A stretch of 64,000 nucleotides of DNA, from the NCBI GenBank assembly GCA_947053925.1, contig CAMRUG010000001.1:68768-132767 (forward strand). Reading direction: 5' to 3'. Source of the DNA: an uncultured Clostridia bacterium. Lineage in GTDB: Bacteria; Bacillota; Clostridia; Christensenellales; CAG-314. The notes beneath the pieces are model-generated. The model was not told the origin of the DNA. It was given only the letters and a program-made list of their open reading frames with translations, and made no database searches. Of this stretch, positions 49,525-58,152 are shown in pieces. Both the position numbers and the translations under genes were made by a program. How positions within the stretch are numbered: the stretch's first letter is position 1; the number at the start of each line of letters is the position of its first letter.

Positions 49525-50295
49525 TTACCGTGCTATTCTTTTAAAAAGCCGCAATGTGTTTTGTCGGATTTGTTCTTCCGTTTCCGCCGTCTGTTTACCG
49601 TAAATTTCTGCAATTTTAGCAACTATAATTGGAATATTGTACGGCGTATTTACCGTTCCGCGCAAAGGCACGGGCGACATATACGGACTGTCTGTTTCCG
49701 ACAAAATGCGGTCAAACGGAACAGATTGCAGTACATCTTCCTTATGAGCGTTTTTAAACGTTATTGCTCCGCCGAACGCAAAATAGTGCCCTTTGCGAGC
49801 CATTTGACGGGCAAACTCCGCGCTTCCCGAATAGCAGTGCCACAGCACTCCGTTATTCAGATAATTCTTTTGCGCCGTAAGTATGTCTGCCGCATCGCCG
49901 TAAGCGTCGCGTATATGCAAGGTAATCGGCAATCCGAGTCTGTCGGCAATTTCTATCTGTTCGGCAAAAACGTCTTTTTGAACTTGCCTGTCGGATAAGT
50001 CGTAATAGTAATCGAGACCTATTTCTCCGACGGCTACAACCTTGTCGTTTGACGCCAATTTTTTCATCGTTTGACGGAAAGTGTCGTCAAAAAACTTGCT
50101 GTCGTGCGGGTGCATACCCACAGTAGCGTAAACATTGCCGTATTTGTCTGCAAGTTCTACGCTGTTTAGCATAGACTCGTAATTACAACTGTTGTTGATA
50201 ACAAATTCGATCGAGTGTTCGTTTAGTCCCCGTATTATTCCATCCGCGCTGTCTTTTAATTTTTCGTCGTCAAGGTGCAAGTGGCTGTCTATCAT
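49525..50295 (-). CDS. tatD: TatD family nuclease
   Basis: MIDSHLH, GMHPH, GEIGLDY, HIRDA, HCYSG, ETDSPY; ATG overlaps the metG stop. Confidence 0.93.
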   Translation of the reverse strand: MIDSHLHLDDEKLKDSADGIIRGLNEHSIEFVINNSCNYESMLNSVELADKYGNVYATVGMHPHDSKFFDDTFRQTMKKLASNDKVVAVGEIGLDYYYDLSDRQVQKDVFAEQIEIADRLGLPITLHIRDAYGDAADILTAQKNYLNNGVLWHCYSGSAEFARQMARKGHYFAFGGAITFKNAHKEDVLQSVPFDRILSETDSPYMSPVPLRGTVNTPYNIPIIVAKIAEIYGKQTAETEEQIRQNTLRLFKRIAR

Positions 50296-52220
50296 CAGCG
50301 CACTTCCTTGCCGCTGTCCATTTCTTTTTCCGGCGTAACAAACACAACGGTTTTGCCGTCTGCGGCGCACAGTATCATTCCGTTGCTTTCTACTCCGCGG
50401 ATTTTTGCAGGTTTAAGGTTTTTGACCAAAACAACGGTTTTGCCCACCATATATTCGGGCGTGTAGTATTGCGCTATTCCGCTGACAACCTGACGTACTT
50501 CGTTGCCCGCTTGCAGTTTAAACACAAGCAGTTTGTCGCTTTTTGCAACCTTTTCGCAACTGAGAACTTTGGCGGTGCACAACTTTACTTTGGCAAAGTC
50601 GGTTATATCTATTATATCGTCAGCAGGCGTTTCTTCCGTTTTTTGCGAATTTTGCTTTGCCGCTATTTCGTCAAGCGCTTTGAGTTCCTTGTCCACGTCT
50701 ATACGGTTAAACAGGTTGTCGCCTTTGTTTACTTTGGTCCCGACAGGCGTTTTGCCGAATTCCGACAAGCCGTCAAAGTTATCGGGGCTTGTTAAACCCA
50801 GTTTTTCAAAAATGGTATTTGCAGTTTTGGTAATAAACGGTTTGAGCAGAGTTGCCGCAAAACGGATACATTCTGTCAAAATGTACATAACTGTTGCCAA
50901 ACGGTCTTTGTCGCCGTTTTTATTAAGCGTCCAAGGCGTTGTTTCGTCAATGTACTTATTTGCGCGCTGAACAATGCGGAATATGTCCGTTAAAGCATCG
51001 GGAGCGGACAGGTTGTCCATATCTTTACGCACTTTTGCAAGCGTTCCCGTGCACAAATTTATCAGTTCTTTGTCCAATTCGTTATATGCGTTAGGCTCAG
51101 GGATATTTCCGCCGAAGTATTGCGTAACCATTGCCGTTGTACGGCTTACAAGGTTGCCGAGGTCGTTTACAAGGTCGGCGTTCGTGCGTACAAGCAGTGC
51201 TTCGTTCGTGTAATTTCCGTCGCTGCCGAACGGAATTTCGCGAAGTAAAAAGTATCTTATTGCGTCTACTCCGTAGCGTTCAGTCAAAAAGAAGGGATCG
51301 ACAATATTGCCTTTCGATTTACTCATTTTGTCGTTGCCGAATAACAGCCAGCCGTGTCCGTAAACCTTTTTAGGAAGAGGCAAATCGAGCGCCATCAAAA
51401 TAGCAGGCCAGATAATGGTGTGGAAGCGTACGATTTCTTTGCCCACCATATGTAAGTCTGCTGGCCAATATTTGTCGAAGTTAGCGTGGTCTTTCTGTAG
51501 ATAGCCCAATGCCGTAATGTAGTTTGTCAACGCGTCTATCCATACATAGGCAACGTGCTTTTCGTCAAACGGCAGTTTAACTCCCCAGTCGAATGTGGTG
51601 CGCGATATGCACAAATCTTTAAGTCCGGGTTTGATAAAGTTATTTACCATTTCGTTCATACGCGATTTAGGACTGATGAAGTCAGGGTTTTCCTCGTAAA
51701 ATTTAATTAAACGGTCTTGGTATTTTGAAAGGCGGAAAAAGTAACTTTCTTCCTTTTGCTTTGTTACCTCGCGTCCGCAGTCGGGGCACTTGCCGTCCAC
51801 AAGTTGGCTCTCAGTCCAAAACGCCTCGCAGGGAGTGCAGTACAGTCCTTCGTATTCCGATTTGTAAATATCTCCGCTTTTAAGCAGTTTTTCGTATACT
51901 TTTTGTACCGTCAATTCGTGATATTCGTCGGTGGTACGGATAAATTTGTCGTAACTTATATCAAGCGTTTTCCACAACTCCACAATTTGGTCATATAACT
52001 TGTCTACAAACTGTTTGGGCGTAACGCCTGCTTTTTCGGCGCGTTGCTGTACTTTTTGACCGTGTTCGTCTGTGCCCGTCAGGTAAAATACGTCATACCC
52101 GTCCATACGTTTAAAGCGCGCTATTGCGTCGCAGATAACGGTAGTGTAGCAGTGTCCTAAATGAAAATTGCCGCTCGAGTAGTAAATAGGCGTAGTAATG
52201 TAGAAAGTTTTTTTGTTCAT
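50295..52220 (-). CDS. metG: Methionine--tRNA ligase with C-terminal tRNA-binding domain
   Basis: YITTPIYY..HLGH, GTDEHG, zinc knuckle, KMSKS, C-terminal Trbp domain. Confidence 0.96.
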   Translation of the reverse strand: MNKKTFYITTPIYYSSGNFHLGHCYTTVICDAIARFKRMDGYDVFYLTGTDEHGQKVQQRAEKAGVTPKQFVDKLYDQIVELWKTLDISYDKFIRTTDEYHELTVQKVYEKLLKSGDIYKSEYEGLYCTPCEAFWTESQLVDGKCPDCGREVTKQKEESYFFRLSKYQDRLIKFYEENPDFISPKSRMNEMVNNFIKPGLKDLCISRTTFDWGVKLPFDEKHVAYVWIDALTNYITALGYLQKDHANFDKYWPADLHMVGKEIVRFHTIIWPAILMALDLPLPKKVYGHGWLLFGNDKMSKSKGNIVDPFFLTERYGVDAIRYFLLREIPFGSDGNYTNEALLVRTNADLVNDLGNLVSRTTAMVTQYFGGNIPEPNAYNELDKELINLCTGTLAKVRKDMDNLSAPDALTDIFRIVQRANKYIDETTPWTLNKNGDKDRLATVMYILTECIRFAATLLKPFITKTANTIFEKLGLTSPDNFDGLSEFGKTPVGTKVNKGDNLFNRIDVDKELKALDEIAAKQNSQKTEETPADDIIDITDFAKVKLCTAKVLSCEKVAKSDKLLVFKLQAGNEVRQVVSGIAQYYTPEYMVGKTVVLVKNLKPAKIRGVESNGMILCAADGKTVVFVTPEKEMDSGKEVR

Positions 52221-52429
52221 TGTTTTCTCCTTTCGCGCCGCAAATGAAACGGTGCAAAATATTTGTACTTATTTTACCATTATCAAATTGTTTTGTAAAC
52301 AAGTTATATGCTTTGAATAAATCAAAATATTTTTGTTTGCCTTTTAAAGTTCAGGGCGGTAATAATGTTTAGATAGAATACAATTATGGTTAACAAAATA
52401 AACTACATTATGAAAAAGGTGAAATAGTA

Positions 52430-52993
52430 ATGAATATTGTTTGGACGGCAGTAACGGTTGCCGCATTGATAGCCTTGACGATTACTAATCCGCAAAGCAT
52501 ATTGACGGTGTGTTTGGACAGTTCTGCGCAAGCGTTAAAGACGGCGTTGGAACTAACCGCCGTATATTGTCTGTGGCTAGGGATATTCCGTATTGCGGAA
52601 GAGTGTAAACTGGTAGAAAAACTGTCTAAGTGTTTTACTAAACTCAACAAGTGGCTTTACGGTAACATAAGCGAAGTTGCAAGCAATTATGTGTCGCTAA
52701 ATCTTGCGTCAAATTTGCTCGGGATAGGAAACGCGGCTACTCCGTCGGCAATTGCGGCAATAAGAGAGGTGGAGCACGACGAAAAACTCTCGCGTTTCGG
52801 GGCTATGTTGTTTGTAGTAAACGCCACAAGCGTACAACTTCTGCCTACAACGGTAATAGGGTTGCGTGCTTCTCTCGGCTCGGCAAGTCCGTCCGATATT
52901 ATTTTACCAAATCTGATTGCAACCGTCATTACTTCCGTTATAGGCGTGGCGTTGGTGTTTATAGCCTACGGCAAACCGAAAAAAGCAAATTAA
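52430..52993 (+). CDS. spmA: Spore maturation protein A
   Basis: LWLGIFRIAE, NLASNLLGIGNAATP, NATSVQLLPTT. Confidence 0.9.
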   Translation: MNIVWTAVTVAALIALTITNPQSILTVCLDSSAQALKTALELTAVYCLWLGIFRIAEECKLVEKLSKCFTKLNKWLYGNISEVASNYVSLNLASNLLGIGNAATPSAIAAIREVEHDEKLSRFGAMLFVVNATSVQLLPTTVIGLRASLGSASPSDIILPNLIATVITSVIGVALVFIAYGKPKKAN

Positions 52994-53076
52994 AAACTAG
53001 TGTTGCATAGATTGAAAATCATTTAAAGCAAACTAGAAATAATGTAAACGCGTTAAGTAATTTAAACAAGAAATTT

Positions 53077-53580
53077 ATGGACTATGTTGTTCCCGTCATT
53101 TTAATATTGGTACTTGTATACGGTTTGATAAAACGGGTCAATGTGTACGACAGTTTTGTTCTGGGCGCAAAAAAATCTTTCGATTTGTCGCTGTCCGTTT
53201 TCCCGTACCTTGCGGCTATGTTTATTATGGTAAACTGTCTTCGCGCAAGCGGACTTGACGTATATATTATACGTTTTATTTCTCCGCCGTTTAAGCTTTT
53301 GGGAGTGCCTAGCGAAGTAGTGGAACTTATGCTGCTTCGCCCTTTTTCGGGAAGCGGAAGTTTAGCAATTCTTACCGACGTGTACAAGCAATACGGGGTT
53401 GACAGTTATGTCGGACGCTGTGCCTCCGTTATTATGGGCAGCAGCGAGACGGTTTTTTATGTTGCCAGCGTTTATTTTGCAGGTACGCGTGTTAAACGTA
53501 CGGGTTTTGCTATTCCAATTGCTCTGTTCTGTAATCTCGTCGGAGGCGTTGCCGCGTGTTTGCTTTGTAAAGTGCTGTAA
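53077..53580 (+). CDS. spmB: Spore maturation protein B
   Basis: VNVYDSFVLGAK, LRPFSGSGS, IMGSSETVFYV. Confidence 0.9.
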   Translation: MDYVVPVILILVLVYGLIKRVNVYDSFVLGAKKSFDLSLSVFPYLAAMFIMVNCLRASGLDVYIIRFISPPFKLLGVPSEVVELMLLRPFSGSGSLAILTDVYKQYGVDSYVGRCASVIMGSSETVFYVASVYFAGTRVKRTGFAIPIALFCNLVGGVAACLLCKVL

Positions 53581-53859
53581 CGGTAAATTTTAATTAAAGT
53601 AAACATTCAGCGTCAAATGCGGCAAGTGTTCTGTTTCAAAGTCGGTTTTCAAACTTTTTGTCAAGCACAAATCGTGTTGAAAATTAACGGATATCTTGTT
53701 ATTGACCTTTGCCGTAAAACAGCCGCAGTGTTATAAGTACCGGCAAGTCAATTTCATCGTATTAAAAAAGCGTTACGAATTAGACTGTGCACAATTTGTA
53801 ACGCTTATATTATTGTTTGCGGTAAAGCAACTTTTACCGATTGCCCAATCAAGCAACGT

Positions 53860-54582
53860 CTATTTTACTAAATTTTTAATTTTTTCGTAAGCCGTAATGC
53901 TGTCGCGTTTTGTAGATAACGGCGTTATCGAGATATATCCGTTCATCGTTGCGTCGGTGTCCAAATTTAAATCGCTACCGAATTTATATATCATATATCC
54001 CCTTTGGTCAAAATGCCGTTCGTCCGTTTTTATAAATTCGTCGGTATAGTATGCGCCGCCTTGTTTTGTTATTTTTATGCCGTTAACGGCGGTAGGAATA
54101 TTCACATTGTAAATACCATTGTAATCAAAAAGTTTATTGTCTGAAAAATAACGGTAAATTCCATCAAGGTATTGTTTTGCAAAATCGAAGTTGTCGCGTT
54201 CGGTCGAAAACGCTATTCCGCGCATCGAGCGCAAAGCCGTTTCAAAAATTGCCGCACAAGTTCCGCTGTACAGTATGTCTTCCCCGACGTTATATCCGTT
54301 GTTTATTCCCGATAATATCAAGTCGTATTCAGCGTTAAGCCCTATCGTGGCATAGCGCACGCAGTCAACGGGAGTGGAATCGACGGAATATGCCGTTACT
54401 CCGTTCATATAGTGTACTTTTTCTATCTCTATAGGCGTGTGTACGTTTATAGCGTGGCTTTTTGCGCTTTGCGGATTTTTGGGCGCGCATACGGTAACCT
54501 CGCCCAATGTTTTTGCAAATTCTGCAAGAACTCTAAGTCCGTAAGACTGTATGCCGTCGTCGTTGGTAACAAGAATTTTCAT
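53860..54582 (-). CDS. surE: 5'/3'-nucleotidase SurE
   Basis: MKILVTNDDG, TPVDCV, SGINNGYNVG...YSGT; ATGA overlap with the upstream gene. Confidence 0.93.
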   Translation of the reverse strand: MKILVTNDDGIQSYGLRVLAEFAKTLGEVTVCAPKNPQSAKSHAINVHTPIEIEKVHYMNGVTAYSVDSTPVDCVRYATIGLNAEYDLILSGINNGYNVGEDILYSGTCAAIFETALRSMRGIAFSTERDNFDFAKQYLDGIYRYFSDNKLFDYNGIYNVNIPTAVNGIKITKQGGAYYTDEFIKTDERHFDQRGYMIYKFGSDLNLDTDATMNGYISITPLSTKRDSITAYEKIKNLVK

Positions 54583-55565
54583 AGCCATCCTTTGTTGTTT
54601 GCCTTGTAGTCCGCAACCATTTTGTCTGCGTCTTTAAGCATAAGTTTAATTTCGCTTGTTTTGTGTAACGTTGCGCCGCAAGTACACTGGTGCCCTCCGC
54701 CGTTGTATTTTTCCGCAAGTTCATTTATTGTCATAAACCTACTGCGCAATCTTACGCGGATTGTTCCGTCGGGCATAGCAATAAACGCCAGCCAAGCAAT
54801 ACAGCCCTTTATGCCTTTTAAGAAAGATACCGCTTCGCTTGCCTGCTCGGTCGTCAGTTTAAATTTGCGTTGCATTGCATTGTCAACATACAAGTACGCA
54901 ACTCCGTTTTCGGTAATTTTCATTTTTTTGTAAACATAGGCTTGGAATTTCAGATAGTCAAAGTCTTCAAGATACAAATGGGAATATAGTGTTTCGGTAT
55001 CTATGCCGCTGTCCATTAACATTCCTGCAAGGCGCATTGTGTCTCCCGTCGTCGCTTCGTAACGGAAACGTCCGCTGTCGGTTACCATTCCCGTAAAAAT
55101 GTACGTTGCGGCTTCGGTGTCTATTTTAAGTTCCGACTTAAACGTTTGGTAAAAGTAAGCAATCATTTCGCTTGCGGAAGAACGCCAGTCTTCTATCCAG
55201 CACAAGTCGCCGTAAGGCTTAATGTTGATATGGTGGTCTATTTTGACGAGTTCCTTTGCCTGATTGTAATAACTGTTGGAGATTCTGTCGGCAGTGGCGG
55301 TGTCGATTACTATCATCAACGCGTCATTGTAGAGTTCCGGCGCAATAGTTTTGTCGTCCGGTCCTAAAAAAGACAAGTAGTCCGAACTGTCGTTGGTTTG
55401 AAGATAAATTTCCTTGTCGGGATAAGTCAACCGCAGAATGCGGCACAATCCTTTTGTCGAGCCTATCGCGTCTCCGTCAGGACGGACGTGGCGCGTAATG
55501 ACAATGCGGTTGTACGATTTTACTTTGTTAAGAATATCCGTCATTGTTTTTAATTGTTCAGTCAT
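54579..55565 (-). CDS. DHH/DHHA1 phosphoesterase (NrnA-like), copy 2
   Basis: RHVRPDGDAIGS, IDHH, GMVTDSGRF, RLRS, GGGH. Confidence 0.9.
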   Translation of the reverse strand: MTEQLKTMTDILNKVKSYNRIVITRHVRPDGDAIGSTKGLCRILRLTYPDKEIYLQTNDSSDYLSFLGPDDKTIAPELYNDALMIVIDTATADRISNSYYNQAKELVKIDHHINIKPYGDLCWIEDWRSSASEMIAYFYQTFKSELKIDTEAATYIFTGMVTDSGRFRYEATTGDTMRLAGMLMDSGIDTETLYSHLYLEDFDYLKFQAYVYKKMKITENGVAYLYVDNAMQRKFKLTTEQASEAVSFLKGIKGCIAWLAFIAMPDGTIRVRLRSRFMTINELAEKYNGGGHQCTCGATLHKTSEIKLMLKDADKMVADYKANNKGWL

Positions 55566-55619
55566 AAATTTTCTCCGATTATTTCAAAGTATCTGAAATA
55601 TTGTTTTTGAATTAGTCAA

Positions 55620-56552
55620 TCAGTTTTCTAATGCGTTCAAGTCTTCTAGCATTTGCATTGCCGTTTCAAGGCTGTCTATAGTCGCTCCGCTTGCTTTGGC
55701 GTGTCCGCCGCCGCCGTATTTTGTTGCGATAGGATTGATATTGTATTTTTTTGAACGCAATTCGCACAGCACTCCGCGCTCGGTCTCCGTAAAGTTAACC
55801 CAACTGTGAATACCTTTAATATCCGACATTACGCCGACCATTCCGCGCGATATTGTAAATTCGTCTGCGTTTACAGTATTTAATTCGTCTTTTGTAGTGA
55901 TAATGTAAGCAACGTTTTTGTCGGTAATTTGTATTTTAAGCGTATACTTTGCGCGCAGTTTAAGCATTTCAAAATCGTCGGCATATAATTCCGCATAAAG
56001 GGCGTTTGTGTCGATATTGTATTTGTTAAGTTCCGATGCCAAAGCAAACGTCCGTGAGTTTGTAGAATCGTAACGGAACCGTCCGCTGTCGGTTACCATT
56101 CCCGTAAACAGCGATTTAGCCGCGGCGTCGTTGAATTTGAGTCCGCTCTGTAATGCAAAGTCGGTAATAAGTCCGCAGCAACTTTCGTAAGATGTGTCCA
56201 CAATGTCAATGTCGGCTATTTTTTCGCAGAAGATATGATGGTCAAAACGTAAAGTCGCGGCGGCATTAAGATAACGGTCGTCGCTGATCATAGATTTGAC
56301 GGAAGTATCGAGTATAATTGCCAAGGCGTTTTTGTAAATTTCGTCAGGGACGACATCGGTTTGCGCTCCGTCCATAAAAGCATAACGCTTTGTGCCGTCG
56401 CCGACAATATAGACTTTTTTGTCGGGGAAAGTATTCAATATCAGTTGCTGTAATCCGTATTGACTTCCAATTGCGTCGCCGTCGGGGTTTGAATGACGGT
56501 GAATAACTATTTGGTCGTATTTTTTTATCAGTTGCAATGCCTGTTTAAACAT
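55620..56552 (-). CDS. DHH/DHHA1 phosphoesterase (NrnA-like), copy 1
   Basis: RHSNPDGDAIGS, FDHH, GMVTDSGRF, ELRS, GGGGHAKASG. Confidence 0.9.
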   Translation of the reverse strand: MFKQALQLIKKYDQIVIHRHSNPDGDAIGSQYGLQQLILNTFPDKKVYIVGDGTKRYAFMDGAQTDVVPDEIYKNALAIILDTSVKSMISDDRYLNAAATLRFDHHIFCEKIADIDIVDTSYESCCGLITDFALQSGLKFNDAAAKSLFTGMVTDSGRFRYDSTNSRTFALASELNKYNIDTNALYAELYADDFEMLKLRAKYTLKIQITDKNVAYIITTKDELNTVNADEFTISRGMVGVMSDIKGIHSWVNFTETERGVLCELRSKKYNINPIATKYGGGGHAKASGATIDSLETAMQMLEDLNALEN

Positions 56553-56926
56553 ATTTTACCGCCCGTAATTTATTGAAATACCATTTTAGCATAATGTTAC
56601 ACGTCCGTCAACACAGACATTTTTTGAAGTTTGTTTTCTGTCTGGTCCTTGATAAAAAATTCAAATTAAAATAAAATTGCAACAGTGTTATAAAAATATC
56701 AATTTTTATTATAACAAACTTGCAAATTACGGCAAAATATTTCAAATCAAGGGCATATTTATTGACGGATATCTTGAAATAGAGTAAAATTAAACGATAA
56801 TGGAATACAATGCGGATATTATTTTATTTTCAAAATCAAGCATTTTAAAATCACAAAAGTTGACGTAAAAGACGCTGAGTTTTTGTAAAATTCTATAATG
56901 CCGCAGAGTATGAAATGAGGATAAAT

Positions 56927-58102
56927 ATGAGGAAAAAAATACTTTTGATACTTTTGGCGTTATTTGCCGTTTGTATTTGCTTGGCAGGCTGCGACGATAA
57001 AGTCAATTTTGACGGTCAAGCTAAAGTAACGTTTATGCTTAACGGAGCCAAATACAAAAACGGCACGGAGCCTGTTGTTCACTATTACAAATTGGCAGAA
57101 GGTCAAAAGACAAAAATTTTAGAGCTTAATAAGAAAAATACCGGCGCGGAATTGGTTTACGAAGGTTTTAATTTCTTGGGTTGGTACAAGGATAAAAACT
57201 TTTCGTCAAACAGTAAATGGAATTTTGCTACCGATACTATTGACGGAAACGGCATAACGTTATATGCGCGCTGGGAAGCGATAGTATATCACAACTATAC
57301 CTATCAGATTTGTTATATCGACGAAGAAACACAGCAAAAGCAGGTTTTGGGCAGCTACCGTTCGGACGCAGGACTGAAATTCGATCAACGCAGCGGCGAG
57401 AAAATTGCCGCACAGCGTAAGGGTTATACGCTAATCGAATTTGTAGATGAACAAGGCGGCGCGTGGAATAGCGAGTTTGTCCACCCCGGCGGCGACGGAG
57501 ACGTTGCGGTAGACGTATATGCCAAGTTTATCAAAGGCGATTACAAAATAATCCGCAAGGCGTCAGATTTCGATACCGCTATCGGTCATAATATTTATTT
57601 GTATAATGACATAGATATGGGCGGATACGAACTGGATTTGAGTTTCTTTGAAAGCGGAGTGTTTGACGGCAACAGCAAAAAGATTTACAACTTTACCGTT
57701 AAGTACGGAGCGACAAAAGACGATATGGTTCAAGACGTAGACGGCGAAATAACGGGTAATTTCTCCCTCAATATCGGTTTGTTCGGTTTGCTAAACAATG
57801 CGGAGATTAAAAACGTTACTTTTGATGAAATGACTATTGACTTAAACGCATCTCTCAATATGATACAAAAAATTTTTGTGGCGCCGATTTCTGTTCACGC
57901 AACCGATTCTAAGTTTAGTAACGTCAAAGTTAACTGTACTTACAAATATTCGCGTTTGCCAAATACATTCTATCAGGATAACGACAGAAACAAACCTCTT
58001 AAAGACGGAATGTTCTTCCCCGTAACGGAACAGGACCAACTTTGTTACAAAATGACAAATTCAACGGTAAACAACTGTTTCTCAACGGTAACGGTTGAGT
58101 AA
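56927..58102 (+). CDS. Lipoprotein with InlB B-repeat-like domain
   Basis: Lipobox LAGC; YEGFNFLGWYKD...WNFATDTI....TLYARW B-repeat pattern; GLUG-like IGLFG..NAEIKNVTF C-terminal part. Confidence 0.75.
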   Translation: MRKKILLILLALFAVCICLAGCDDKVNFDGQAKVTFMLNGAKYKNGTEPVVHYYKLAEGQKTKILELNKKNTGAELVYEGFNFLGWYKDKNFSSNSKWNFATDTIDGNGITLYARWEAIVYHNYTYQICYIDEETQQKQVLGSYRSDAGLKFDQRSGEKIAAQRKGYTLIEFVDEQGGAWNSEFVHPGGDGDVAVDVYAKFIKGDYKIIRKASDFDTAIGHNIYLYNDIDMGGYELDLSFFESGVFDGNSKKIYNFTVKYGATKDDMVQDVDGEITGNFSLNIGLFGLLNNAEIKNVTFDEMTIDLNASLNMIQKIFVAPISVHATDSKFSNVKVNCTYKYSRLPNTFYQDNDRNKPLKDGMFFPVTEQDQLCYKMTNSTVNNCFSTVTVE

Positions 58103-58152
58103 TAGCCAAAATTTAAATTAGATTAGCAAGAAAAAAAGATAAGGAGTTAGCT

